The notes beneath the pieces were generated by a model. The model saw nothing but the letters and a program-made list of their open reading frames with translations. It ran no database searches and was not told the origin of the DNA. A stretch of DNA of 64,000 bases from a virus, in the IMG/VR virus record IMGVR_UViG_3300045988_131117; one strand, given 5' to 3'. Shown in pieces: positions 20,452-31,113 of the stretch (positions are counted from its first letter, which is position 1; each line of letters starts with the position of its first letter). The translations under genes were made by a program, and so were the position numbers.

Positions 20452-20901
20452 ATGAGAAGAAGATTTGAAAATATTAAGACAGTTGCCGGCGTCAAGATCC
20501 CTGTTTTTGCTTGTTCGATTTCGGCCCCTACAACCACATGGCGAAATCCTGTACCTATTCTTGGTTGTAGATACCGATCTAATGGAGCAACTATGGCGGC
20601 TTCCTATGTTTTAGATGAAATTAATAATAGCAAGGTATGTACGATGGGCGGTAATCCTATAAATTGTACGATATCAAATTCTGGACAATATATCCAGGCT
20701 TACTTTAATGAAGGATCGGTAACAGGTGATATTATGTTACAGTTTACGATTGGAGACGTTTTTTATTATTTCTTTATTACAGAAGGATCCAATCAAGTAC
20801 CTCAACTGAAATTAAGTCCAAGTACTCACCTTATTCATTCAATATATAAGATAAGTACAATTGGCAGCTTTGTTCCTATTGACACCTATGTAGAATTATA
20901 A
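20452..20901 (+). CDS. MRRRF-N-terminus family protein (149 aa)
   Basis: MRRRFENIK... N-terminus; last gene of the plus-strand block. Confidence 0.5.
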   Translation: MRRRFENIKTVAGVKIPVFACSISAPTTTWRNPVPILGCRYRSNGATMAASYVLDEINNSKVCTMGGNPINCTISNSGQYIQAYFNEGSVTGDIMLQFTIGDVFYYFFITEGSNQVPQLKLSPSTHLIHSIYKISTIGSFVPIDTYVEL

Positions 20902-20966
20902 TAAAAGATATAAAAATAGTACTAAAATGTATTAGTATAAGATAAGACGGTTATTAATCATATATT

Positions 20967-21013
20967 ACAATAATCCCCAACCGTACACCTATTGTATGGC
21001 CGGGGATTATTGT
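20967..21013. terminator. bidirectional terminator hairpin between convergent gene blocks
   Basis: ACAATAATCCCC ... GGGGATTATTGT 12-bp stem, with further pairing inside the loop (CCGTACA/TGTATGG). Confidence 0.6.
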
Positions 21014-21015
21014 AG

Positions 21016-21264
21016 TTACCATCTTTTCTTGTAACAAGAATCCACTACCTTTACCTTTTCTTCTTCTTTCTCACCATAATTAAATTCATACGCATCTTCG
21101 AATGAATAAAAAACAGCATAATACGACACGCCAAACATATTATATTTTATTCTGTTTTTCCATTTCCCAAAAATGTTTTGATATTGGCACCAATATTCTA
21201 TTTCCCCATTAGTTAATTTCCTTTCAAATATTCTAATAGGAACATGAAATAGATTCCTAAGCAT
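21016..21264 (-). CDS. hypothetical protein (82 aa)
   Basis: ORF only. Confidence 0.4.
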   Translation of the reverse strand: MLRNLFHVPIRIFERKLTNGEIEYWCQYQNIFGKWKNRIKYNMFGVSYYAVFYSFEDAYEFNYGEKEEEKVKVVDSCYKKRW

Positions 21265-21745
21265 TAGCTTTATGACCTTCCCTATCTGTGAAAACTAAAC
21301 CAATACCTTCTATAATATATCCTACTACAGGAGCTTTGTCAAATTCCTCCTTCGTAGCCCAAGTGGCATTATCAGGCATCAGATCCTTAAATGCATCCGA
21401 AACATCACCTTGGCACCAGCAGTTATTTGATACAACAATGCCTTTCCCTTCGATATTGATATACATTTTTCTTCCACCGCATCCAAGGCTGTTCCATCCG
21501 CTCGGTACGTTTTCCACCATAGGCTTAAGCACCCAGCTTTCACCGTCTATCCTAACCCATCCTGGATCGTCTTTGTGCTTGTCGTACATATTTTGCCAAA
21601 AAGAGCATTCGTAGCACCACCCCCTGTCTTCCATGACAGTTCTTATCTCACACCTTTCAAATCCATCTGCATCCATCGTGTGCGGAGAATGAGGCTGGTG
21701 AGGAGTGCCACATTTTGGACATACGAGTTTTAAATTATTTTCCAT
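21257..21745 (-). CDS. Cys-rich hypothetical protein (162 aa)
   Basis: CPKCG...C, CYEC and CWC motifs. Confidence 0.45.
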   Translation of the reverse strand: MENNLKLVCPKCGTPHQPHSPHTMDADGFERCEIRTVMEDRGWCYECSFWQNMYDKHKDDPGWVRIDGESWVLKPMVENVPSGWNSLGCGGRKMYINIEGKGIVVSNNCWCQGDVSDAFKDLMPDNATWATKEEFDKAPVVGYIIEGIGLVFTDREGHKANA

Positions 21746-21983
21746 ATTGTTTCACTTTTATGATCTTAATAGAATCTCCTATATTGTATTCCCCTTGGTA
21801 TCCAACGAATTTTATAAGTCTATTACTGTTAAATATTGAAAATCCTCCGTCTTCACCATAATACATCACACGCCCACCCTGTAAAGGACGTAAATCATAT
21901 ATAACCCATCCGTTATTAACCTGACTATCATCATGCGAACATGATGATAACACAAGTGCCATCAATAAAACAAAATACCTCAT
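21735..21983 (-). CDS. small predicted lipoprotein (82 aa)
   Basis: Signal peptide MRYFVLLMALVLSSC with lipobox Cys followed by SHDD, a Bacteroidota lipoprotein-export-like signal. Confidence 0.5.
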   Translation of the reverse strand: MRYFVLLMALVLSSCSHDDSQVNNGWVIYDLRPLQGGRVMYYGEDGGFSIFNSNRLIKFVGYQGEYNIGDSIKIIKVKQYGK

Positions 21984-21990
21984 GTTATTT

Positions 21991-22182
21991 TCAACATAAA
22001 AATTTATAACCTGGTTTTACTGCCTCTGCTTCTTCTCTCGTATCAAACATTAAGATAGTAGTTGATTCTGTACCTTCACAAATGTAAGATACTTCCACCC
22101 ACCACCTAAAAATTCCAGAGCCATAATCATCATAGTACGGCTCAGAAAGAACTTCTTCTACATACCCATCCAAATAATTCAC
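21991..22182 (-). CDS. hypothetical protein (63 aa)
   Basis: ORF only. Confidence 0.35.
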   Translation of the reverse strand: MNYLDGYVEEVLSEPYYDDYGSGIFRWWVEVSYICEGTESTTILMFDTREEAEAVKPGYKFLC

Positions 22183-22901
22183 GATCGCTCCTCCTTATTT
22201 TTAGATTCTGCCTCTTCGAGTATGCTGATCACCTTATCAACAATATCCGAATCAGACATTTTCTCAATAAAAACATCCATTGCCTTAGTTATGTCATTGG
22301 CTTCTTTTTCTTCAAGAGCTATTTCTCCACCGGTAATAGCATCAGATAATGATGTAGATAAGTGTCTTATCTTATCAATGCTCATAAACGTAAATGGATT
22401 ACCACCTTGACCTCCACCCATTTCTTTCATGATCTGATATCCACCTGAGATAAGTCTGCCTGATGTCGTGGCCAAGGAGGATACGATTAGGGACAGTACC
22501 GCCGCTTCCGTCCGCTCCTCGGACACACCCCTCGACCACACGGCTGCCCTTATAGCGCCGGCCAGATCGTCTATGTATGGCATGAGGCAATCTTCCATCG
22601 CTTGTGTTATATCAGCTATAACCTCACTACGCTCTTTATTTATGTAGTAGATAGAAGCATTGTACCTCTTTATCTCTTTGTCCATGTCATTTAAAAGACG
22701 CTTGATATTGTGCTTATACATAGGACTGGTTTTAATTACTTCCTTTAGCTTAAGAATGTAATTATAAGCCTGGTCGTTTACGAACAACGTCATGGTCTCA
22801 ACCGTTGAATGAAGCGTGTTAAGACTGTTAAGAATCTTATCGAAATTGTTTATCAAATAAGCTTTTCTGGCTTTTGCCGCGTAATTAATCATCGCATTCA
22901 A
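22179..22901 (-). CDS. hypothetical protein (240 aa)
   Basis: ORF only. Confidence 0.45.
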   Translation of the reverse strand: MNAMINYAAKARKAYLINNFDKILNSLNTLHSTVETMTLFVNDQAYNYILKLKEVIKTSPMYKHNIKRLLNDMDKEIKRYNASIYYINKERSEVIADITQAMEDCLMPYIDDLAGAIRAAVWSRGVSEERTEAAVLSLIVSSLATTSGRLISGGYQIMKEMGGGQGGNPFTFMSIDKIRHLSTSLSDAITGGEIALEEKEANDITKAMDVFIEKMSDSDIVDKVISILEEAESKNKEERS

Positions 22902-23427
22902 ATTTTAGATTTTCAAGTTCGAGTATTTGTAACCTAAGAGACTTAATTAAATCCGTTCTCTGTTCCTCTGCATGTTTTAAAGCCTCTTCCTTGCTTTCAA
23001 AAGCACAATCCCCTATCTGATAAGGGGTGTAACGACCAGGAGTGTCGGCTAATAAAAGACCACCACAATCTTCTATTCTGGCTTTTACCTTTCTTATTTT
23101 CCCATCTTTTAGACACATGTCCGTAACCCATACGAATTTACCATATAATTTATCATACTCTTCTAATCTCTCTTCTTGCAATTCATACCATTTAGGCTTA
23201 GGAAATCTTAATGTGAATTTAACCTCAGTATCTTTTTCTAAGACATTAATATCGTATGCTTCCGGCCACAGCTCTTTTATGCTGTCTTCGTCTTCGGCAT
23301 ACACTACAAGTATGAATGAATCATCGGATTCACCACTACACCAATATGGATATTTTATAGGCCATTTGACTGGACGGTAGTCGTTACCGCAATCGGATTT
23401 TTTAATGTAAAATCTTGCTTTAATCAT
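22885..23427 (-). CDS. hypothetical protein (180 aa)
   Basis: ORF only. Confidence 0.45.
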   Translation of the reverse strand: MIKARFYIKKSDCGNDYRPVKWPIKYPYWCSGESDDSFILVVYAEDEDSIKELWPEAYDINVLEKDTEVKFTLRFPKPKWYELQEERLEEYDKLYGKFVWVTDMCLKDGKIRKVKARIEDCGGLLLADTPGRYTPYQIGDCAFESKEEALKHAEEQRTDLIKSLRLQILELENLKFECDD

Positions 23428-24627
23428 GATTCTTTTATTCTTTTAAGTATATGTTCAATCACTTTAATAGTCCACCCGTTTCCCAACATCTTGTACTGTT
23501 GGGTTTCGCTGCATTCCCATTTATACCAATCTGGTACAGTCTGTAACCTGGAGCACTCTGTAGGGGTTAATCTTCTTATTTTGAAATCGCCATGTAATGC
23601 TCTCTGTATGATAAAATTGTTTCTATCATATGAATTACAAGATAATGTTGGAGCCTTATCTTCATGAAATCCACCTTTGTTAAATCCTCTTGGTATTTGG
23701 GAAATAAGATTATCTTTCTGAACTGTTTTAAGACCATATTCTCTACATGTAGGTTTTTCTGGATTCCTACCTCTCGTTGCTACACAAATAAGATCGTACA
23801 TGTATTTACCCTTTACGGTAACAGTATTGGATTTCTCATCTTTTGTTTTAATATTAGCTCCATAATAATTTCCCCTGTCGTGATTTATTTTCAAGTGAAA
23901 AGTTAAATTGTTTAAAACTTTTTCAGATAAGTAATATTTTTCATCTACTTCATATTCCGCTATATCACTTATAGTCAAACCTTCGTCTTTAGGTTGAGGG
24001 ATAATTCCGCCTTGAATATTAGTCCAATAAATACGTTTCCTGGTTTGAGCGGAAACAAGCGCTGAATTAATATGATTGCCTTTACACCCTATAGCATTAT
24101 CAAATACCGGCTCCCATTTCTTTCCCATCTTAACGTTCTCAAGAAGAAACAACACATCGGGATTGGTTTTTCTTGCATCATTCAAAATACGGATAAACTC
24201 CCAGAATAAGTAAGACTGACCGGAAAACTCAAATCCTTGTTTTTTTTAATTCAAGATACTCATTAAGTGATTTGATTTCTATTCCTTCTACGGTAGACAA
24301 CCCTTTTCTTTTTCCAGAAAAGGACATATCCGTACATGGGCTGCCGGATAAAATAAGATCTATGTGTCCAAGATCTTCTACATTCAAATCCCTTACATCT
24401 CCTACTTGTATAGTATTAGGGAAATTTAATTGCGTTTGTTTAATAGCAAACTTATCTATTTCTGATGCATAATATACTTCAGGTGTGATCCCTATTTCTT
24501 TTAGCGCTATTTGACCACATGACATTCCGTCAAATAAACTTAACACTCTCATGGCATTATACACATTTTTCAATTTTAATTGATTTTGATGATAGATACA
24601 TATTCCATGTTCCTCTGCCTCTGTCAC
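23424..24627 (-). pseudogene. DNA (cytosine-5)-methyltransferase, reading frame split at an A8/T8 homopolymer (24240–24247); may be a pseudogene, a slippage-regulated gene or a sequencing error
   Basis: The upstream part (24229–24627) carries motif I LFDGMSCGQ and the PC motif GSPCTDMSFSG. The downstream part (23424–24185) carries ENV (LLENVKM), QxRxR (QTRKR) and a GNGW C-terminal motif. Removing one A restores a continuous ...ELKKQGFEFSGQSYLFWEFIRILNDARKTNPDVLFLLENV... frame. Confidence 0.75.
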
Positions 24628-24865
24628 CTTTTTCGTTTTGTTTTTGGATTGTCAAGTACAGATCTCCGTCTTCACATACTTCAACTTTTTTCAAGAAGCC
24701 TATCATTTCATCTCCTGTTTCGTGTAAAATACGGATCTTATCTCCTTCTTTTAACCCATAATTGGAATCAAAGTATTCTTTTTTGATTCTATCAATATTG
24801 TCTTTATGATTTTTTATAGCATAAAGCTCGTTTCTTAATAAATAATTTAGTTGTTCTATTGTCAT
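24557..24865 (-). CDS. hypothetical protein (102 aa)
   Basis: ORF only. Confidence 0.4.
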   Translation of the reverse strand: MTIEQLNYLLRNELYAIKNHKDNIDRIKKEYFDSNYGLKEGDKIRILHETGDEMIGFLKKVEVCEDGDLYLTIQKQNEKGDRGRGTWNMYLSSKSIKIEKCV

Positions 24866-25419
24866 TTCTTTTCCTCCTTGTTTAATGGTATCAACCCTTT
24901 TCCATGCTTGTCATACCACAGCATAGCTATACAGTTCCATGCACATTGTGCAAGATGAAAACATCCTGTATCGGAATCCACTCTTTCCCCTTTCATGTAT
25001 TCCATCAGGTGTCGAAACATCGCAGCACGGTACCGTTCAAACCCGTTGTCAAGGTTCTGCCAAGTATTAGGATCGTACTTTTTGGCTCCGGCATGATAGA
25101 CTTTTACAATGTCCTCAATCTCTTCCATTGGAAGCAAATCCCATCGTAGTTTATCATCAATGATGTCATTTTTCACCGATTTGTTTTCTATGGGGTCTTT
25201 GGTAAGAATAATATCCATAATATCCGTTTCTATGACGAACGTCTCCCCATTGCAACAAACCTCAGCATATTTATCATTTACTTCTATGTCTGATACTGCC
25301 TCCGCTATAGCTCCTTTGACGATTTTAAATTCGGCACTGATTATATCATCTTTTAATATGCGAAAAATAGATCCTTTTGGATAAAGGATATTTTTAGTAT
25401 TATCATCCATCTTTTCCAT
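24862..25419 (-). CDS. hypothetical protein (185 aa); C-terminal half weakly MazG-like / nucleotide pyrophosphohydrolase-like
   Basis: KYDPNTWQN...FERYRAAMFRHL...DSDTGCFHLAQCAWNCIAMLW segment; tentative assignment. Confidence 0.35.
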   Translation of the reverse strand: MEKMDDNTKNILYPKGSIFRILKDDIISAEFKIVKGAIAEAVSDIEVNDKYAEVCCNGETFVIETDIMDIILTKDPIENKSVKNDIIDDKLRWDLLPMEEIEDIVKVYHAGAKKYDPNTWQNLDNGFERYRAAMFRHLMEYMKGERVDSDTGCFHLAQCAWNCIAMLWYDKHGKGLIPLNKEEKK

Positions 25420-25471
25420 TGCTTTATCGTTGTTTTACCTCATTTCGATAGTAATATAATCCATCTTCGTC

Positions 25472-25759
25472 TTATACCCTATCATTTCTGTTTTTCTCAA
25501 AATACTGTCTTACGGCTTCAATCGCCTTATCGTCATCAAAAGCCTCTACAAACCCCTCATAGAATCTATTTCGCTCCATAGAGAACGTATTGCTTCCATC
25601 CGGAATGGTTCTGAACACAACTACCTTCTCTCCATCTACGTTCGTTCCTATGATGTTGTTATGGAGAATAATAGAATACCGCCCAGAGTTTTTGTTCTGG
25701 ACGACACTATGTTCGAGATTGTAGAGTCTAAGTAGTTCTCTTATTTCTTTTACTCCCAT
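25472..25759 (-). CDS. hypothetical protein (95 aa)
   Basis: ORF only. Confidence 0.4.
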   Translation of the reverse strand: MGVKEIRELLRLYNLEHSVVQNKNSGRYSIILHNNIIGTNVDGEKVVVFRTIPDGSNTFSMERNRFYEGFVEAFDDDKAIEAVRQYFEKNRNDRV

Positions 25760-25760
25760 A

Positions 25761-26528
25761 TTATTTTACGTTTTTAGAAGTTACAGCCTCTTCTCCCCAT
25801 TTCTTTACATATATAGATCTCATCATGTTCATTAAATTAGAGAAAGAAGAGATGGTTCCCATCTCTATGCAGAATGCAAGATTAGACTGTAGGGTTTCAA
25901 GTTCTTTCAACTGCTCCTGTGTAGCCCTATTTCTTATCATGCTTTCATGCTCATTAAATACAATCCAATTTAAGCCTTTAGCCATCTTGGAGTAATCGGC
26001 ATCCGGAAATCTTGATATAGCTCTTGACAAGACATTGTATTTATCACCTGCCTCTATTCGGTTTAAGATAAGCTTATCTGTTAACCACGTAACAACCTCA
26101 GCATACAACATAGGGTTTAGTTCCATAGCTACAAGCACCCATATATATGGATTACACATAGTTCTCCTATTCTCTCCTCTACCCATTGTCTTATAAGCTC
26201 CCATTTTTTTCATCACTTTTATAAGTGACTCTTTTTCAACAGATTGTATAAAACCAGGAAATCCTGATTCTATCTTATATCCCTGTTTTTCAAGGATATA
26301 GTAAACACGTTCCGCACTCTCCTTATTAGATAGGATATTCTCTATTCTCTTTTCATTCCACCCCATCTCAACCCTCTTCTTCGTATAGGCTTCCTGAAGG
26401 TCTGTTAAGGACATAAACGAAGTTTTAGTGTCCTGCTTAATTATTACGCCAAATAATTCTCGGTCTTTTGATACCATTGTAACATTTGTTTTCATAAAAT
26501 ATAACACATAAAAAATAATACGATACAA
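25761..26528 (-). CDS. hypothetical protein (255 aa), N-terminus possibly KilA-N-like
   Basis: ELFGVIIKQDTKTSFMSLTDLQEAYTKK resembles the KilA-N/APSES fold; weak evidence. Confidence 0.35.
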   Translation of the reverse strand: MYRIIFYVLYFMKTNVTMVSKDRELFGVIIKQDTKTSFMSLTDLQEAYTKKRVEMGWNEKRIENILSNKESAERVYYILEKQGYKIESGFPGFIQSVEKESLIKVMKKMGAYKTMGRGENRRTMCNPYIWVLVAMELNPMLYAEVVTWLTDKLILNRIEAGDKYNVLSRAISRFPDADYSKMAKGLNWIVFNEHESMIRNRATQEQLKELETLQSNLAFCIEMGTISSFSNLMNMMRSIYVKKWGEEAVTSKNVK

Positions 26529-26592
26529 AAATATGTATCGTATTATATCTATACAAATATATTGTGTTAAATTTTATGATTATATTTTTACG

Positions 26593-26955
26593 TTATGCGC
26601 CTATGGCTGCCTCTAAATTCCCTATAATACCAGTTTCTATGTCATTGATTTTATCATCAATGGTTGAAACCGCATTCTCTAAATCCCCTACAATACTTTC
26701 TATATCATCAACAACCGCCTCCATATTAGCTACAGCCTCATCTGATTGATAATATCTTTCTGTATCTTGTAACGACTCCGGCATATTATCTCTTGCTTCC
26801 GTCTCTTCGTCTAAAATCATATCAACATCATCCTTGGCTGAATCCAGATTATGCCTAACCTCTGACAGCTTTGATTTGATAAACTCAAGATCTGTTTTAT
26901 GCTTTTCCAAATTGGAAATAATATCCTCTATTTTCTTACGTCTTTTGCTGTTCAT
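26593..26955 (-). CDS. acidic coiled-coil protein (120 aa)
   Basis: ORF only. Confidence 0.4.
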   Translation of the reverse strand: MNSKRRKKIEDIISNLEKHKTDLEFIKSKLSEVRHNLDSAKDDVDMILDEETEARDNMPESLQDTERYYQSDEAVANMEAVVDDIESIVGDLENAVSTIDDKINDIETGIIGNLEAAIGA

Positions 26956-28376
26956 GCTTTTATTCTATTATAATATTCGATAATCTTTTCTTTCCTGTCT
27001 CCTGGTTTTACTGCCATATTCTCAGCCAAGAACCTAAAATACGACACTGGTATGTCCTTGAATCTAATTCCTTCATATTTTCCAAACCACATTATTATGC
27101 TGTCAAGATCGTCTTCTCTCCTACCATCTCCATTCACAGATTTAAGCGAGGCTGCCCGACGAAGGATCTCGTCTTTGGTAATAATATCACCCATCCTTAT
27201 ATTAGACAGAAGTTGATCGCCGGCAAACATACACCAGCCCTTAGAAGGGAATTGCTCGATTGTCAGGTCTTCTATCCGACCAAAGCGTCTCATGTTGTCG
27301 CAGCAATCAACTATCAGCGCCTCTTTCTTGTCAGGATGGATGCGGACGGCGCGGCCTAATATTTGGTAATAAGTTGAATATGAGAAAGTTGGTCGACCAA
27401 ACATCACACAATCAAGTTCAGGAAAATCAAATCCGGTAGCAAGCGTTGAATAATTAAAAACCACCTTCAACTTACCTTCTTTGAAATCGGATATGATTTG
27501 CTCTCTTTTCTTTTTGGTTGTTAGCGATGTTACGACACCGGTTATGGCTCCCATCCTGGCATTCATGAACTCTGATATTCTATTACATGATTCGATAGAA
27601 TCCATGCAAACCAAAATGGCTTTACGCTCGTTCATAAGTTGAAGAAGGCGCTTGTAGATGGAGTTGTTTAAGCCGTTTCGTACAATACTTTCTTTAATAG
27701 ATTCGTTGGTGTATTCGGCTCCGGTACTGTTTAACATCAGAGCCGATTCATCAAAAGACCATCGTTCGTATTTAAGAGGGCACCAAAATCCCTGAGAAGT
27801 TAGCTCTTGTATTTGTGTTACGTGAACTATCTTCTTAAAGAAGTTATGCTCGTCTTTCGTCAGCATATTAAGTTTGCTGTAGTTCCCTTCCAACATAGAA
27901 CTGTAGGTTCGGAGGCGGCAGGGAGTGGCGGTGAAGCCCAGTACCTTCGCCTCTGGGAACCTGTTCATAAACTCCATAAATTCAGAACCTTCTTCTGGGG
28001 AATATCCTGAATGACATTCGTCTATCAATAAGGTATTTATCCCTATATCCTTCAACTTCGCTACATCTTTCTTTATGCTCTTTAATGTTGCATAAGTCAT
28101 AGCCGACAGTTCCTTTATACCACATGAAGCAGAATATATAGTAGGTTTAGAACCGAATGATACGGCTTTTGCATAATTCTGCTCCAGAATCTCTTTTGAG
28201 GGCTGTAATACTAATGTCGGTCTATTTATTTCATGTGCTATCTTGGATATCAGAAGGCTCTTTCCACATCCGCATGGAGCTACGATTATGCCAGGCTTCT
28301 TAGATCTTCCTGTAAGAAACTTAAGCCCGGCATCTACGGCCTCTTTTTGGTAAGGTCTAAGTTCAAAGCCCATCAC
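26952..28376 (-). CDS. SF2 DEAH-box DNA helicase (ResIII/RAD25-like) with a C-terminal DUF3820-like FGKY..IP.SY motif
   Basis: Walker A APCGCGKS, motif II LLIDECH, motif III GFTATP and the helicase-C segment ILGRAVR. C-terminal MWFGKYEGIRFKDIPVSYFRFL. Confidence 0.8.
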   Translation of the reverse strand: MMGFELRPYQKEAVDAGLKFLTGRSKKPGIIVAPCGCGKSLLISKIAHEINRPTLVLQPSKEILEQNYAKAVSFGSKPTIYSASCGIKELSAMTYATLKSIKKDVAKLKDIGINTLLIDECHSGYSPEEGSEFMEFMNRFPEAKVLGFTATPCRLRTYSSMLEGNYSKLNMLTKDEHNFFKKIVHVTQIQELTSQGFWCPLKYERWSFDESALMLNSTGAEYTNESIKESIVRNGLNNSIYKRLLQLMNERKAILVCMDSIESCNRISEFMNARMGAITGVVTSLTTKKKREQIISDFKEGKLKVVFNYSTLATGFDFPELDCVMFGRPTFSYSTYYQILGRAVRIHPDKKEALIVDCCDNMRRFGRIEDLTIEQFPSKGWCMFAGDQLLSNIRMGDIITKDEILRRAASLKSVNGDGRREDDLDSIIMWFGKYEGIRFKDIPVSYFRFLAENMAVKPGDRKEKIIEYYNRIKA

Positions 28377-28749
28377 AATCTATTATATTATTTTTTGAAA
28401 GTTCTATTATCGCCTCTTTCAACATCTCCCTTGCTTTATTCTCATTATCTTCAAACAGACATACACTGCATGTAGCACCTTTGGAGGGGTAGTCTCTGTA
28501 GGCTTCTGCTCTTTCTACAACGTACTCACAACAATAGTCGTGACTCATGTCTTTTGCTATACTTATAAAATGATCTTCTCCATCCATCAACACGCAATAT
28601 TCAGCATCGTTTTCACATGCAATAACACCTTTGTTTTTTAAAATGGATAGCACTTTATTTCCAAAAAGTCCAATATAGACCCATATATCTTTCCCTGCAT
28701 TTTTGTAAAAAATATCCATCCCTTCTTTGATTGTGACTTTCTTTTCCAT
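28363..28749 (-). CDS. hypothetical protein (128 aa)
   Basis: ORF only. Confidence 0.4.
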   Translation of the reverse strand: MEKKVTIKEGMDIFYKNAGKDIWVYIGLFGNKVLSILKNKGVIACENDAEYCVLMDGEDHFISIAKDMSHDYCCEYVVERAEAYRDYPSKGATCSVCLFEDNENKAREMLKEAIIELSKNNIIDCDGL

Positions 28750-28755
28750 AACCCC

Positions 28756-29106
28756 TTATTTTATATCAGTAATTAAAATATATTTTTTAACAATATCTTC
28801 AAGACTCTCAGAAGAACGTATATATAGTTTTTCTTCGTACTCATATAGAGCGTACCCTTCTTTTATGTCTAATATCTTAATCACATGCTTGCCTCTTTCA
28901 AATGGATCCTCAAAGTAGCTCTTATGTTCGTATCTTTGACCTACTTTGATTTTGTCAGTTTTCTTCTTCATCTTATAACGACCTACTGCTTCACCTGTTT
29001 TTATGAAAATTGTCGTGAGTAAGTATAATAAAACTAAATACAAAAGGATCGCTACTCCACATATTAGATCTTCTTTCATTACACTCCTTTTAAATAGTTG
29101 AACCAT
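28756..29106 (-). CDS. small membrane protein (116 aa)
   Basis: N-terminal TM segment GVAILLYLVLLYLLTTIFI. Confidence 0.4.
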   Translation of the reverse strand: MVQLFKRSVMKEDLICGVAILLYLVLLYLLTTIFIKTGEAVGRYKMKKKTDKIKVGQRYEHKSYFEDPFERGKHVIKILDIKEGYALYEYEEKLYIRSSESLEDIVKKYILITDIK

Positions 29107-29245
29107 ATATCCTCCAGCTTCTCCTGAAGTTCAAATGCTTTCTTGAAATTCCCACATCTTACAGCAACGTCTCTCATGTATTCTACGTTTATAACTTCCG
29201 GATCTTGCCGGTATTTTGTTCTTAACTTTTGAACGTCCTCGTATT

Positions 29246-30265
29246 TCATCGTTTTATCTTTTTAGACGGATCCCAATCCGAAGAGAAAGGGCATTCGTTT
29301 TTGTTATGTAATCCAAAGTCACAATAATAACACAGTGCTGACGGGCAGGGTAGCTTGTTTTGCGAAACAGGCTGGCTTAGGGTGGCACGCCGCTTGCTAT
29401 ATCTGGCTCCTTCTGCCCCCTGGATGTATGCCTGAAATGTTTTTACACTATTATCTTCAAAATCATACATTTTAGATAAAGTGTCATTTAGCATCTCTAT
29501 AGATTTTGTTTTACGTTCTTCATCCACCTTAACCTTTTGGTACTGCCTGGTTCTGGTAAAGAAATAGATGTTCATATCTGGTAGAACCCCACCATATTTT
29601 CTATAGATGTAAAACGAATATATAGGATGCTGTAAATTCGTTTCCAACTTCTTAGAATCAAAAACCTTATTACCTGATTTCCAATCTATGACATAATGGT
29701 GAACTACGTTCTTGCTCTTTATAGCCAGATGAAGATCTACCGATCCTACTATGTACACATGTGTATGAACGTCACCATTTATATCAACAGGCTTAGGAAG
29801 ACGATACGGCAGCACAAAATCTTCTTCGACTCCAATTATAGCGCCGTGTCTGATAAGTTTCTCACAGGGATTAAGATCACTATCAGCTATCATAAACCTA
29901 TTGCCGTCTTTTTTGAACAGATCCACAATCCAAGCAAGAAGCTCCCCAGATTGTTTCATGGCTATCATCATATTTTCCGGTGATTGCCAAGGTATGTCTT
30001 CTTGATAGGAATAGTAACTTATCGCTTCTCCAAGGTCTTTACCAGAAGGCTGTCTTCCGTTCTTAAAGAAGTATTCCAGTGTTTTATGGATAACCGTACC
30101 ATAAGATGTAGCTTCTTGTTTTTCTGTAGACCTTTTACCCTCTACGTAAGTCTTATACCATTTCATTGGACAAGTAAGAAACGTATCTATCTGGGAATAA
30201 GATATGGCAAGACGTTTCACACCATTAAACTCCTTATATAGCAAATGTGTTTCCGGGACCATCAT
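29246..30265 (-). CDS. PD-(D/E)XK nuclease, Cas4/RecB-like with an Fe-S cysteine cluster
   Basis: IVGSVDLH...VIDWKSG (D...D/ExK core), an N-terminal Cys (LTCPMKWYK) and C-terminal C-x2-C-x(n)-C (LPCPSALCYYCDF...NECP). Confidence 0.7.
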   Translation of the reverse strand: MMVPETHLLYKEFNGVKRLAISYSQIDTFLTCPMKWYKTYVEGKRSTEKQEATSYGTVIHKTLEYFFKNGRQPSGKDLGEAISYYSYQEDIPWQSPENMMIAMKQSGELLAWIVDLFKKDGNRFMIADSDLNPCEKLIRHGAIIGVEEDFVLPYRLPKPVDINGDVHTHVYIVGSVDLHLAIKSKNVVHHYVIDWKSGNKVFDSKKLETNLQHPIYSFYIYRKYGGVLPDMNIYFFTRTRQYQKVKVDEERKTKSIEMLNDTLSKMYDFEDNSVKTFQAYIQGAEGARYSKRRATLSQPVSQNKLPCPSALCYYCDFGLHNKNECPFSSDWDPSKKIKR

Positions 30266-30609
30266 AAGTCATTGTCTTTAAATCCTTCCGGGTAATATAC
30301 GACATACTTCTTACCGTCTTCTGGTGTCATGGCAAACTGCATGTAGTTATTACGATTACGATGCTTGCCATCTAATCCTCGCTTCCAATACAGAATCCCG
30401 TCTATCTCCACATAAGACCGTCCGCGTTCGGCTCTAACTACGTCCGTGTGTAGCAGATACCCGTCGGAAGACACGATCCATACTTTATCACCTTTGTTTA
30501 AATAAGATATTCTTTTTCTTACAACAACCTTTTTCTTATTATCCAATACAAATTCCCCATCAGTCATACTCTTCATCCTCCTCTTCTTCTGTTTCAAAAT
30601 CAATTCCAT
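30262..30609 (-). CDS. hypothetical protein (115 aa)
   Basis: ORF with a 4-nt overlap on the downstream gene. Confidence 0.4.
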   Translation of the reverse strand: MELILKQKKRRMKSMTDGEFVLDNKKKVVVRKRISYLNKGDKVWIVSSDGYLLHTDVVRAERGRSYVEIDGILYWKRGLDGKHRNRNNYMQFAMTPEDGKKYVVYYPEGFKDNDL

Positions 30610-31113
30610 ATCCCATATTCTATTAAATATATTTAAAGCTATTCGTATGTTTTAATACATCCCCTCGGAGACCTTTCGGTCTCCTTGGTAGATGTAAATC
30701 CCGTTAGGGATAAGTCAGGATTTCTCCTGTAAGTACCCATCGCCAATGTTATTTAAGGTTTTGAATAAGCAACACTGTTCCTGAATACCAGAACTGTTTA
30801 ATCACTTACCTTAGAGCTACAGACTTGGGCAAACATCCGTAGGTAACTATCTATTCTTAAATAACGTAGCCTTTGTTTCAAGGCTTAGGCTAATAACCCG
30901 ATCTCTTAAAGAGATGTATTAAACTTTTATAATAGAATTATATTGGTTTAATACTATTTGGGGTTATAACACTGATCATAATGATTGGTCAGTTCTTCTG
31001 GTTCTAAATCTTGTCCAAAATCCATGTTAAAAATATCGTAATTAGTAAAGCACTTAAAAGCACTGTTTCCGCCGGCAGGAAATCTATGAATGCTGCTTTT
31101 ATTTCTTCAATTA

